Below, one piece after another: positions 49,935 through 62,885 of a stretch of DNA of 64,000 nucleotides; the first letter of the stretch is position 1; every line of letters begins with the position of its first letter. The translations under genes were made by a program, and so were the position numbers. The notes beneath the pieces were generated by a model that had not been told where the DNA came from, did no database searches, and saw nothing but the letters and a program-made list of their open reading frames with translations. Source of the stretch: the human T2T-CHM13v2.0 reference genome, Homo sapiens; NCBI RefSeq assembly GCF_009914755.1, contig NC_060935.1, one strand, 5' to 3'.

Positions 49935-52485
49935 TATCCTTGTTAGTCTTCTATCTTGTTGATCTGTCTAATACCCCACTATTATTGTGTGGGAGTCTAA
50001 GTCTCTTTGTAGGTCTCTAAGAACTTATTTTATGAATTTGGATGCTCCTGTATTAGATGCATATATATTTAGAATAGCTAGCTCTTCTTGTTGAATTGAT
50101 CCCTTTACCATTATGTAATGCCCTTCTTTGTCTCTTTTGATCTTTGTTGGATTAAAGTCTGTTTTGTCAGAGACTAAGATGGCAACCGCTATTGTTTTTT
50201 TCTTTCCATTTGCCTGGTAAATTTTCATTCCTCCCTTTATTTTGAGCCTGTGTGTGTCTTTACAGGTAAGATGAGTCTCCTGAATATAGTAACCAATGGG
50301 TTTTGACTCCTTATTCAATTTTCCAGTCTGTGTCTTTTAATTGGGACATTTAGCCCATTTACATTTAAGGTTAGTATTGTTATATGTGAATTTGATCCTG
50401 TCGTCATGCTGCTATTTGGTTATTTTGCACATTGGTTGATGCACTTCCTTCAAAGTGTCATTGGTCTTTATACTTTGGTGTGTTTTTGCAGTGCCTGGTA
50501 CCAGTTTTTACTTTCCATATTTAGTGCTTTTTTTAGGATCTCTTGCAGGGCAGGCCTGCTAGTAATGAAATCCCTTAGCATTTGCTTGTCTGGAAAGAAT
50601 TTTATTTCTCCTTCACTTATGAAGCTTAGTTTGGCTGGATATGAAATTCTGAGTTGGAAATTCTTCTCTTTAAGAATGTTAAATATTGTCTCCCAATCTC
50701 TTCTGGCTCGTAGAGTTTCTGCTGAGAGGTCTGCTATTAGTCTGATGGGCTTCCCTTTGTAGGTGACCTGGCCTTTCTCTCTGGCTGCCTGTTACAGTTT
50801 TTCCTTCATTTTAACCTTGGAGATTCTGATGATTATGTGTCTTGGGGTTGATCTTCTCATACAGTGTCTTAGTGGTGTTCTCTGTATTTCCTGAATTTGC
50901 ATGTTGGCCTGTCTTGCTAGGTTGGGGAAGTTCTGGATAATACCCTGAAGTGTGTTTTACAGCTCATTTCCATTCTCCCTGTTTCCTTCTGGTACTCCAG
51001 TCAATCATAGGTTTGGTCTTTTTATGAAGTCCCATAGTTCTTGGAGACTTTGTTCATTCCTTTTTAAACATTTTTCTCTATTCTTGTTCGCATGTCTTAT
51101 TTCAGTAAGGTGGTCTTCAAACTCCAACATCCTTTCTTCTGCTTGGTTGATTCTGCTGTTGATACTTGTTTATTCTTCACCAGGTTCTTGTACTGCGTTT
51201 TCCAGCTCTATCAGGTCGTTTATCTTCCTCTCTAAACAGGTTATTCTAGTTAACGATTCCTCTAACCTTTTATCAAGTTTCTTAGCTTCTTTTCATTGGG
51301 TTAGAACATGTTCCTTTAGCTTATCATAGTTTTTGTTACCCATCTTCTGAAGCCTGCTTCTGTCAATATGTCCATAAGATCCTCTGCCCGGTTTTTTTGC
51401 CCTTGATGGAGAGACGTTGAGATCATTTGGAGGAGAAGAGGCACTCTGACCTTTTGGGTTTTCAATACTTTTACGTTGTTTCTTTCTCATCTTCATGAGT
51501 TCGTCTAGTGTTGGCCTTTGAGGCTGCTGACCCTTGGATGGGGTTTTTGTGGAGGCCTTTTTGATGTTGTTGTTGATGCTGTTGTTGTCACTTTCTGCTT
51601 GTTTGTTTCTCCTGCAATAGTCAGGTCCCTCTTCTGTGGAGCTGCTGCAGTTTGCTGGGGGTTCACTTCAGGCCCTATGCATCTGATTCGCTCCCGTGCC
51701 TGGAGATATCACTCAAGTAAGCTGGAGAGCAGCAAAGATGGGTGCCTGCTCCTTCTTCTGGGACCTCTGACCTCAAGGAGCACCAACCTGATGCCAGTAG
51801 GATCTCTCTTGTGTAGGGTGTCTGACAACCCCTGTTGGAGGGTATCACTCCGTTGGGGGGCATGAGAAGTTGGATCCGATTAATGAAGCATTTTGTCCCT
51901 TGGTGGAGGGGGTATGTTTTGCTGGGGGGAAAGCCACTTGTCTGGGATGCCAGGATTCCTCAGAACTACCAGGATGAGAGGCTAAGTCTGCTGCTTTGCA
52001 GACTGTGGCCACCTCTTCCCCTAGGGGTTCAGGCCCAGGTATATTCAAATTCTGTCCCTGAGCCTCTGGCTGGAGTTATTGGAGAGACTGCAAGGAAGCC
52101 CCACCCACTGAGGAAAGATGTGTCAGGGTTAGACCTGAAGAGGCACTCTGGTTTCAGATTGCCACAGCTGGTGTGTTGAACTGTGGGGACAAGTCTTAGG
52201 ACCAAGCCATCCAGCCACCCTGGCTCCAGTAGGGAAAAAGCACAGCCTGGAGCTATAGAAATGGGTGCCCCCACTTCTCCTGCCCAGGGAGCTTAGTGTG
52301 TTCGGCAGTTGCTAGCCCCAGTGCTGGCTGCTGCCCCTCCCCCAAGGAGCTCAAACAGCTTAGACAGAGGGCAGCTGCAGCCTGTGTTGGTCGCCCCTCC
52401 TGCCGGGAGTTCAGTAGGCTTAAGCAGATTCCAGCTGAGAGGCTGCAAGAATTTGCGAGTTCCAGGGTTGGGACGCTAGGCCTTG

Positions 52486-52530
52486 GTGTGAGATCACGAG
52501 TGTGAGATCACGAGTGTGAGATCATGAGTG
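52486..52530. repeat. 14 bp tandem repeat GTGTGAGATCA(C/T)GA x3 in L1 5'UTR
   Basis: Direct reading. Confidence 0.95.
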
Positions 52531-52667
52531 GGATCTTCTGATCTGTGGTTTGCACAATTCAATGAGAAAAGCACAGTTTCCCTGGCTGCGTAGCCAGCTC
52601 ATGCACTGCCTCCCTTGGCTGGGAGGAGGGGTTCTCCTTCCCCTCGTGGCTCTCATGTAAGCTATAG

Positions 52668-53125
52668 TGTAGCAGGAGGAATCATAGACAAAATCCCTCA
52701 GACAGCGGATTGTGGAAGGAAAGAGCTTTATTCCGCTGGGAGCATTGGCAGACTCATATCCTAGAAATCGATCTCTCTGAATAAGTAATTCCTGTCCCTT
52801 TTAAGGGCTCACAACTCTAAAGGGGCTGTGTGAGAGGGAGGTCGTGATTGATTGAGCAAGTGAGGGGTATGTGACTGGGGGCTGCGGGCACCAGTAATCA
52901 GAATGAAACAACAGAACAGGGATTTTCATAACACTTTTTCATACAATGTCTGGAATCTATAGATAGCACAGCCATGAGGTCAGGGGTTGAATTTTAACTA
53001 CCAGGCCCGAAATGTGGCACCTGGTTGTCTGACTATGTTTTTCACTTCTGCCTACTGTTTTAACTTCTACTTTTTCAGCAAACAAGAAATTAAGTATAAG
53101 ACAATATGAGGAGTGTTCTCTCTCA
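52668..53125 (-). mobile_element. solo ERV1 LTR (LTR2-like, HERV-E/Harlequin) nested in L1 5'UTR
   Basis: Minus strand TGAGAGAGAACACTCCTCATATTGTCTTAT...TTAGAGTTGTGAGCCCTTAAAAGGGACAGGAATT...AATAAAG...CCTGCTACA, with TG...CA ends. Confidence 0.88.
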
Positions 53126-53478
53126 GCACCACACTGCTATTCTTACTCTCCGTGGGTTATGCCAGCCTTCTAGTAAATTCACAAGCTAATTATGTTTGTT
53201 TTTTTCCATAAGAGCCTCTGATGGCGGCTACTTCTGTGGGCCATCTTGGCCCCACCCCCTAGGATACTTGAAATATCTTCAGAATAAGGCAAGAATCAGC
53301 CTTTCCTTTAAACTCAAGTTTCCAACCCAGTTAAAAAGGGAATATGACAGAAAGTGAAGAGTAACCCGATTCCAAGATTATAAAAGTGAGAAGAAAAAAG
53401 AATTATGGTTCACCATAGAGAAAAGGCAGACAAATCAAACAAGAAAAGAATAGGTAATCAGTGAAAAAGAAAAAAATA

Positions 53479-53778
53479 GACCGGGCATGGTGGCTCACAC
53501 CTGTGATCCCAGCACTTTGGGAGGTCGAGGTGGGCGGACCACGAGGTCAGGAGGTCGAGACCATCCTGGCTAACACGGTGAAACCTCGTCTCCACTAAAA
53601 AAAAATACAAAAAATTAGCCGGGCTTAGTGGCAGGCACGTGTAGTCCCAGCTACTCACGAGGCTGAGGCAGGAGAATGGTGTGAACCTGGGAGGCGGAGC
53701 TTGCAGTGAGCCGAGATGGTGCCACTGCATTTCAGCCTAGGTGACAGAGTGAGACTCCATGTTAAAAAAAAAAAAAAT
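53479..53778 (+). mobile_element. AluY-like, full length
   Basis: GAGACCATCCTGGCTAACACGGTGAAACC, GGAGAATGGTGTGAACC, GCTTGCAGTGAGCCGAGAT, polyA tail. Confidence 0.97.
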
Positions 53779-54341
53779 ACCAGCAAATGTCAATAATCAA
53801 AATACATATACTTAAATGTATATGAAGACAAACAGAATGCATATTTTTAATTCACATATAACTGCTTACTCTGGCAAGAGTTACATAACAAGTACACCTT
53901 TTTCTCAAGACCATTGCTCCCCCCCATTAAAATATTCTGATGTATAATTAGCAAACAATACCAAGTTCTCTAGTATGATTTTGATGTGTGCTTCATTCAA
54001 GATATTTTTGCAAAGTCCCTGATAAAGTTGCATATAAATACTTTCATTCAATGTCTCTTTCCATATTAGTAATAAAAGACTTAAGCTAATTACCTTTCTT
54101 TAAGAAAAGATTATATTACACTGATTTATTAAGAATATGAAAATAAAACAAGAAAATTTTGTATATATACCAGTATAATCAGCTCTTGGTCACAATGGGG
54201 ATATGTATACATATTCCATTAAGAATGGGTAAAAACGACTTTACCGTTATGTGGTATGTGAAGAGATCATCTCCCAAACTTTCTACCTTACCATAAGGAT
54301 TTAATGATTCATGACCCTGAGTGATGTTTTTGAAATGTTTA

Positions 54342-54825
54342 TGTGGTAGATGCTCTTTATAATGTGGCTTTGCAGCTTCTCCATCAATGAAAAATCTCTT
54401 TTCTCATGCCCTTGAATCTGGGCTTCCTTGTGACTTGCACTGGTGATAGAATGTATATGAAATTAAGATGTGCCTATCCCGAGCTTAGACCTCAAGAGGC
54501 TGGGTGAGCTTTACTCTTTTGCTTGGACCCATGAGAACACCATGTGAACATACCCAGGTTAGCCTGCTACAGGATTAAAAATTATGTGGTGTGATACCAA
54601 ATCCTCCCAGTTCACACTGTGTTAGATCAGTCAGTTCTCACAATCAACCAACCAGCTGACCATAGACCCATGAGTGACACTAGTCAAGATCAGGTGAACC
54701 TGGCATAAACCCATAGAACTATTCAACTAATCCCAAGTCCAGCAAGGTAAAGCTAAATGCTTGCTTATTCTTTTAACTATAGAGTTTTAGGCGTAATTTT
54801 TAATTCAGCAATTGATAACTAATAT
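54342..54825 (+). mobile_element. MLT1 (G/H-like) LTR
   Basis: CCCTTGAATCTGGGCTT..TTGTGACTTGC...CCTCAAGAGGC...CCAGCTGACCATAGACCCATGAGTGA...GCAATTGATAACTAATA. Confidence 0.8.
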
Positions 54826-55089
54826 AGCATAGTGGAATTCTTAACTGGTGATTCAAATCTGGGAACAATTCTCTCACTATTGCCATCACGTCAAAAGAAA
54901 ACAGTCATATTTGTGGACACATTCAAGCCATAGGTCTAGAGGTAATTTGTTGCTGATGTTCACTGTTTCCAGCATAGTCACTAATTCAATAAGTTTCTAA
55001 TCCAGTACAGTCACTAATTCTGTGCCACATGCCAGAGATATAACATCAAAATATTTAAATAAGAATATATACCTTAGATATATAAGTAA

Positions 55090-55780
55090 AAGCAGAAAGT
55101 GGTATGTACAGAGAAGAAAAATAAAGCAGGGTGAAATGGGAAAGCCAAGGACTTTCAATTTTGAATAGGGCCATTAGGGAAGGCCTCTTTAAGGAGGCCG
55201 CATTTCATAAATGCCTGCAGGAGGTGAGGGAGTAAAGCATTAGGATATCTGAGGGAAGGATATCCCATACCGATGCAAAGTCTATGCAATACTGAAGGTA
55301 GAAAGATGTCTGATGTGTTGAAGAAACTTAGAGGAGGCCAGTTAGACCAGCACTGTATGAACCATGGGGAGAGTAATAGGAGATAAGGTCAGAGAAATAA
55401 TGGGGGTCAGATTAACAAGAAGAGTTTTCAGGTCATTCTAAGGCTTTGACTTTTATCCTTACTTAAATGGGGAGCTGCTGGAGAATTTTTAGTAAAGGAA
55501 TGTCAGGAATTGGCTTTCATTTTAATAGCATCATTCTGAATCTTGAATTGAAAATGTACTTAAAAGAGACAAGGGCAAAAGTAGAAAGATAAATCAGGAG
55601 TCTGTAGCAATGACCCAAGTAAGAAAAGATGATGTCCTGGTTCAGCATAGCAGCAATAGAAAAATGGTCAGATTATGATTACATTTTGCAGATAGGGCTA
55701 AGGAATGTGTAATAGATTCAATATGGAGTATAAAGGAAGAGAAGTTTTTGGCCTGAAAAATAAGTAACTGATACATTATT
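55090..55780 (-). mobile_element. L2
   Basis: CATTAGGGAAGGCCTCT...GGAGGCCAGT...AGGAGATAAGGTCAGAGA...AAATGGTCAGATT. Confidence 0.85.
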
Positions 55781-56399
55781 CTTAAATGAAATGAGCTTAC
55801 AGTGTGGACAAACTGATATCAAATCATAAGACCAGTCATTCTGTTTTTTTATATAGCAGGTAATTTTCAGAATATTTGTCTTTAGATGCGCTGAAAGGTA
55901 AAAAAGATTTATAAGGGGATAAGACGAATCTCCATGTCTCCCTTCCCCCATGAGGACTTGATGACTGTAAACTGTTAATAATTCATTTTGATCATTTGAG
56001 ATACTTTACATTTGAAGCCTGCATATAATGTACTGATTAAATTACATTATGTGTAACTGAGTGGATATATTATTAAACAAATTACCCCTTTCCATAACCA
56101 TGAACTGTGCATCTGTAGCAAATGGTTGAGCATTTTAATAAGGAGTAGTGTAATTATATTATGTTCACTGCCTTTTGCAGGCTTATTGGCCACATTTTAG
56201 AGGTGAATATCTTCATCTGAAGATATTTATTGCAAAGGAAGGGTTTTTAAGTTATAGTCAATACTCATAATTCACTGAAAATATCTCTGCTTACAAAATA
56301 AAAGAGCATTGGGGAGGAGCTTTTGGAGAAATTATTAAACTTAGAAAAGATAAATTACCAACTAGCCTTTCTGTTTTTCTTCAGAAATCCCATCCTTAA

Positions 56400-56400
<1 letters not shown>

Positions 56401-56448
<48 letters not shown>
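56401..56448. repeat. (ATCT)12 tetranucleotide STR
   Basis: Direct reading. Confidence 0.98.
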
Positions 56449-56501
56449 GGCAAAACAACCAAACCAAACAAAACAGAATCCTCTGTCTTTTCATTGTCAG
56501 A

Positions 56502-56504
56502 AAA

Positions 56505-56549
<45 letters not shown>
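56502..56549. repeat. (AAAT)12 tetranucleotide STR
   Basis: Direct reading. Confidence 0.98.
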
Positions 56550-56551
<2 letters not shown>

Positions 56552-57199
56552 AACCCTCTAGTAAGGTTTCTAGTAAGTGGAAAAGTGGAAAACTCACTTG
56601 GGACTCTGGCACTTGCCATCAATTATTTAATTATTTGTCAGGACTCAGTACAGATTAAAAAAAGAGAGAGAGCAATCCAGCTGGGGTTCCTAATTAAGAG
56701 AATTCAAAGACACATTTAATAATTGAAAAAATCATCTTGACTATCCAAATCTATTACCTCAATACAACTTGCAATAAGTCCAAAGCAAGTGTGTCAGAAT
56801 GAAAGGGATTACACTGTGTTTCAAAGATAACCAAAAGATAAAAAATAAAGAATCCCATATTGGAAAGAAGTTTGGGTTTCGCCCATGCAGAGTTTAATGA
56901 TGGTTTTTCAGTAATGCACCCAATCAAATACGAGAAAATGGAACATATAACAAGGTGATGAATTTGATGATTTATTGGGAAAATAGCAGAAAGCGATATT
57001 ACTAAATAGTAGTGTTTTTTTTCTGAATAACTGGTGAAGGATAAAGTGAAGTGAAAAATCAGTGAAGAAAATGACAATTCTACCATTGAAGTACTAGAAT
57101 ACTTTAATTAAAATTCTAATAATTGAACCAATTTGCCCAACTACTCTTCTTTGACAGAGTAAAATATATTTTGATATTTCAGGATGGGTATAGAGCTGT

Positions 57200-57378
57200 G
57201 GCTGGTTCTCCACCTAGACTGTATTTTACAGTCACCTTTGTACTTTCAGATTATATTCATGCTCAGGCCCCACCCTAGATTAATTAAATAGAATCTATAA
57301 GCAACAGGGCCAATGCATTAATAGTGTCAAAACTCCCCACGGTGATTCTAATATGCAGCCATGGTTAAGAAATACTGG
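57200..57378. mobile_element. MER5-family hAT MITE
   Basis: TGGTTCTC...GCTCAGGCCCCACCCTAGA...AACTCCCCACGGTGATTCTAATATGCAGCCATGGTTAAGAAATACTG. Confidence 0.85.
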
Positions 57379-57599
57379 CTTAGAACACCAGGAAAACTTT
57401 GTTCAAAATAGCCCCAGGTATGCCAATGATTGAAGAACCATGTTCAACCTAAGAGACCTTCTCTAAAAATTTATACAGGAGGTTTGAATTTCAGTTATGA
57501 CAATATATTTGTAGATTTTTTAAATTAGCAAATCCTTTCCTTAACATGCAGCAGAATTCAATCTTCTTAAAAAAATAAGTTTATCTTGAAATGATTTAA

Positions 57600-58401
57600 G
57601 TTTGCAAAAGGTAGTGGAAGAAGGAAGTAAATAGCAGATATGACCAGAAACAAGATCTATAATACTTATGAGACACATAATACATGCACGCACACACACA
57701 CACACACAATATTAGTCCATATTCACACTGCTATGAAGAACTATCTGAGACTGGGTAATTTATAAACAAAAGAGGTTTAATGGACTGATAGTTCTGCATG
57801 GCTGGGGAGGCCTCAGGAAAATTATAATCATGGCATAAGGTGAAGGGGAAGCAAGGCATATCTTACATGGTGGCAGGAGAGAGAGACAGAGCAAAGCGGA
57901 AGCTGCCAAACACTTTTAAACCATCAGATCTCCGGAGAACTCACTCACTATTATGAGAACAGCATAAGGAAACCCACCTCTGTAATCCAATCACCTCCTT
58001 CCAAGTCTCTCCCTTAACATGTGGGGATTACAATTAGAGCAGAGATTTGGGTGGGGCCACAGAGCCAAACCGTATCACATGTGTGCACATGCACACACAC
58101 ACATACACACACACATCAAACGTAGAAAATATTAGAGTGGTTAACCTTATATCTCATTATTAAGTTGTAGAATGTTAGGAGAAATAGTGTGACTGCTAGA
58201 AGAGAAATGAATATCATCAAGAGATAGATAAATGGGACTTTGAGGCATCATGTTTAGGGAGAGTGTTACAGTGTTTGGAATTGTGTGAAAGCAAGGATTA
58301 TTGGGTCATATTAGGAAGAAGCATGACTTTGCTGTTGCCTTTATTTGGAAGTTAAATATGGTAAAAAGCTATGTGTGGAGTCAGTTTGACAAAGGATGAG
58401 C
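57600..58401 (+). mobile_element. ERVL internal 3' remnant, split by THE1D LTR
   Basis: GGTAGTGGAAGAAGG...TGACCAGAAACAAGA and TTTATTTGGAAGTTAAATATGG...TTGACAAAGG resemble the ERVL-int 3' end preceding an MLT2 LTR. Confidence 0.6.
57708..58077 (-). mobile_element. THE1D-like solo LTR within a (CA)-rich tract
   Basis: TATTAGTCCATATTCACACTGCTAT...GGCTGGGGAGGCCTCAGGAAA...GAGATTTGGGTGGGGCCACAGAGCCAAACCGTATCA. Confidence 0.95.
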
Positions 58402-58971
58402 TGAACTGGACTGTTTGATTGTCAGCTGCATTATGTTGGGAAAAATATTTTCCAGAATCCCCTTAACTCTGTGGTTTCAGGTTAGAATTGACAAAAATTG
58501 CAGTTGTGTGAGATTTGGCAGGTGAAAGAATAGGACCTTTATGTTTTGCAGGTTGTTGGTTAGAAGCAGTAAGATTCAAATCCAGTTTCCAGAGGACTCT
58601 AATGCGTACTTGCTCCTGTCTGGTCTATATCCAGCTTTCCTGTGAGAGTGCCACCCCTATGACCAACAGTGACCTGAGGCTAACCATTACACACTTGTAG
58701 AAACTTAGATGTGGAAACCATATAGAGCCAAGAACCTGCCATCAACCTCCCTTCATGGTTCCGCTCTAGCAGCTGGATGTGCCTATTTTTCCAAACTTCC
58801 TTACAAACTGACTGTGCCAAAGCTGGGTAGGGATTTTTCTCTGATCCTCCCAATTCCTTTTGATGCCTTTATTTTTATAGTTCCTTCACCTATTGTTAAA
58901 TTTGCATGATAAATTCCTTATTCTGTAACACTCATAGTATTAATAGTACTGATTGAGTCCTGACTGATACA
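58402..58971 (+). mobile_element. MLT2 (E/F-like) ERVL LTR
   Basis: TTTTCCAGAATCCCCTT...GAGATTTGGCAGGTGAAAG...TAAATTCCTTATTC...CCTGACTGATACA end. Confidence 0.75.
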
Positions 58972-61139
58972 TAGTGAGACCAAATGCACTTGAAGTCCAA
59001 ACTCTGTGAAAATGAAACTAGGAACATCAAAAAACATTAAAAAGAAAGAATATTGAACTTAAGATAAAACACTGTAGATTTAATCAAAAAGACATTTTGA
59101 ATGAAATCTTCAGTTAACTTCAATTAAATTTGAAGAATGTGACTTCAAATATGGGTAAAATTGAGCACTAGAATGAGCTTGGAAACTATTTTGAGATGGG
59201 GCTTACATTTTACTTCATTTTATACAATAAGTGGCTCAACCCTAAAGAAGACAGTTTCCAATAAAACTTTTTAATTGAGCATGTAGCAAGTCACAGGCAC
59301 ACTTACCTGAAAGTCTTTAAAATATCTTCCAAAACAAATGTTTAATCTTAGATAATTATATATTGCTTTTAAAAAATATTCTTGTTGAACTCTTACTGAG
59401 ATATGAAACAAGTGAGTTATTAAATGTGTTGCCCAGAAAATGTATGCATTGATATATAAAATGTTTTAATATTTATGAATAACTATTAGGATTTTCTAGA
59501 ACATTGAGTCTGTCTTTTGTTATGAACACTAGGACATTCTCTTTAGCTATAGTGCAACATTTCTAACTAGATTGGGCAGCACAGTACTTTTTTAAAAAAT
59601 TTTTGTTTTACTTTTCAATCCAGGGTCCTGGTGACAGTTTTCAACTTTTGTTATAAAGGCATGGACTGTCCACTTAGTTGTATAAAAAAAGAAGAGGTCT
59701 CCATGACCATGAAAATCAGAAAAAAAAATACTAGAAATGTTATCATAGTTTCAAAAATCAATAAAACACACGAACTGTTTTTTTTTTTCACAAGTTCAGT
59801 TATACTGAGGAAGACAGACACACAAAGATGAGTAACTGAGCCAATTTTCTCTAAAACATCTAGATGAGCCTTTACTTATAATTTTTAAGTGAATTCAGAA
59901 TTAGAAAATATAAGTAGATCCCATGACCACTTAGTCCAACAATATTTTTGTGGCCTATATGAAACCAACTTAGTGGTTTGACTGAATTTTTAATTTCCAT
60001 CCAGATATTCTCAGGTCTTACGCAAGGAACTCAAAGCTAGTCTCCAAGTTTCATGAAAATTACTATTTAAAAAAAACATTGCTTTTCTGCCTCTTTTACC
60101 TTATTGAGCAAAATTAGTTAAGCTGGTATGAGAGAACTATTTATGTCAACTTGAGCCTGTTTGTATTATTGTATTAATTATATATTATTATTATTATTAT
60201 TTTTACCTAGGGAGCTGTTTCAATCATTAAATAATAGTTTAACAGCAGCAAACTGCATTAGACAAAAAACAACTACGAATTTTGAAGGACCAAGTAGTGA
60301 CTAAGATTTTATTTGTTATTGTTTGTTGTGAAGGAAAAATATTGTGTTTAATAGAAATTGCGTTAACCATATTGAAGTATAAATGCACAGAATGGCTTTT
60401 TCAATTATCAGCTGTCTTTGCTCTCAGCTCTGCTTTGGAACGTAACCAGTAACAGAAGAAATACATTGCTTTGCATGCTGACTTATTGTGACATTGTCCC
60501 TTAAATATTCTTTACACATGTGCAAAGCCCTCATTAGAAAACTTCTGCATTTGAATGTCTCCTAACAATACACCCATGTGCAGTATAGGTTTTAATACAG
60601 AATGCCAAAACTGTCTTATAAAAGAAAATTTCCATCCAGAGATGTCTATGGAAAAGCAGTTTTCTTTGTTAAGCTTCAATAAACCCATTTAAGAGACTGG
60701 GGACGAAGGCAAAATTCTTTTTGCAGTAGCTTCCTTTCCTAACAAATGCTTTTCAATATGCCTCCATCTTACTAATGAGCATAATATATATTCTGTGATC
60801 TGATAGTAAATTGGAGTGAAAATACACTCTTAAGATGTTGATTTTTTAAATAAAAAATGCACCGACCTACCCTCTGGAAATAAAAATATGTGTAAGCTCT
60901 ATATGTTTCTGGTCCTCAAGGAGATGCATAGTAAATGATAAATTCTAAAGTGCAGATGTTAAATTTCTAAAATGTAGCAGCTATTAAATAAGTCTCCAAG
61001 GAGAAGTTCGGAAAGATTTCTCAGAATAGAAGGCACTTATAGTTGCTACAGGCACAAAGAAGAGGAAATGCAGAATTTCAGAAATAGAGTACAACATGTG
61101 CAAAAGCATGTGTGATAGAGGTTATGAATTGTTTTTATC

Positions 61140-61686
<547 letters not shown>

Positions 61687-61929
61687 ATTATGAAAGGATG
61701 AGATAAGATGGCATGCTTGTATTATGTTTAGAAAAGCTGGAGACTCAGGTTGAATGAGGACACTGATTAGATCAAAACCTTGAAAGAAATGTCATGACTA
61801 TATCTTGAAGACCCTCATATGAATGAGGTTTGAACTACGTATAGATACAATCATGAGTCATCAGATTTTTATGCAGTCTAGTAATATCAATTCAGAGCAC
61901 ATACTTAGGTCAGTATAATCACACAATTT

Positions 61930-62440
61930 CTGGTAACAGCATCCCAAATTCCTTTTGAGGAATCTACCCCTTGTATGAAGCATCCATGGTTTGGTAAATC
62001 AGGGTGAACTAGTAGACATCTGATAGCCATGTGACCTGATCTAGGCAGTCAGATTCTATCTCCCAGAACTTTGAATCTTGAGTGGATTAGTATAAGTATG
62101 TACACATGCTTATTCATTAAATATATATTCATTAATTTGCTTATCCTCTATTCCACGTCACACACTGATCTAGAGATCAGGGTTAGTGTTCAAAAAAGAT
62201 AAAAATTCTCACCTCCATAGAATATGTACTTTACAAATATTCACATACACTGAATCATTTTAGCAATAGTGCCCAGATTGTGAATTTTCTGTTCATGTAT
62301 TCTAGTGTTTTCTCAGTTCCTTTACTTTCTTACCCTTTCCTCCCAAATTTCCTACTAAACAAAATGTTCCCCAAATTTCTACAAATTTTCCATTTCCTAA
62401 CATTGAGATAGTGTCTATTGCAACCAAAAATACCAAATAC
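61930..62440 (+). mobile_element. old LTR remnants with an L2 piece
   Basis: CATGTGACCTGATCTAGGCAGTCAGATTCTATCTCCCAGAACTTTGAATCTTGAG and TCTATTGCAACCAAAAA. Confidence 0.45.
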
Positions 62441-62464
62441 AGATTTGAGTTAAAGAAGTAATAC

Positions 62465-62535
62465 TTTTATTCAGTTCAATTTGACAGACATTTATTACTT
62501 ATCTGCTGAATACCAGAAACTGTGTGATGTTCTGG
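62465..62535 (-). mobile_element. L2 3' end
   Basis: TTCAATTTGACAGACATTTATTACTTATCTGCTGAATACCAGAAACTGTG. Confidence 0.6.
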
Positions 62536-62559
62536 AAAAAAAAAAAGACATGACACTAC

Positions 62560-62885
62560 TTGTTGTAAATAGAATATTGAACCAAATGTCAACCATACCC
62601 TTAACTACAAACTTATTATGGTGAGTATACTCTCTTGGCCTTTGACTTTGGACTTGGTCTAGTGACTTGATTTAGCCATTGGCATGTGGATAGGCAAGAC
62701 AGTATGGTAGTTTCAAAACTAGAACTTTAGAAACATAACATGTTTCTGTTTGCCTTCTTGTGTCTCTGCCATCAGCATGCAAAGAATATGTTCTAATTAG
62801 ATTACTAATTTAATAGTGGGTGAGGAATGTAGAGCAGACTCAGACCAACCCACCTGCACAACAGAAAGGAAAATAATTATGTTTG
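62560..62885 (+). mobile_element. MLT1 (I/J-like) LTR fragment
   Basis: TTGACTTTGGACTTGGTCTAGTGACTTGATTTAGCCA...CTTGTGTCTCTGCCATCAGCATG. Confidence 0.7.

Larger units (their letters stand above)
49935..53259 (-). mobile_element. 3'-truncated L1 (old L1PA / L1P3-type): 5'UTR, ORF1 and N-terminal endonuclease
   Basis: Minus start GGGGGTGGGGCCAAGATGGC at 53259. Minus ORF 50025-50318 gives IQETHLTCKDTHRLKIKG...KRDKEGHYIMVKGSIQQEEL (EN domain). Confidence 0.95.

Noticed and set aside
50025-50318. Endonuclease-like ORF
   Set aside because: Fragment of a dead L1 ORF2 EN domain with stops and deletions.
54969-55020. Imperfect 19 bp direct repeat ending AGTCACTAATTC
   Set aside because: Two copies only, an ordinary small duplication and not an array.
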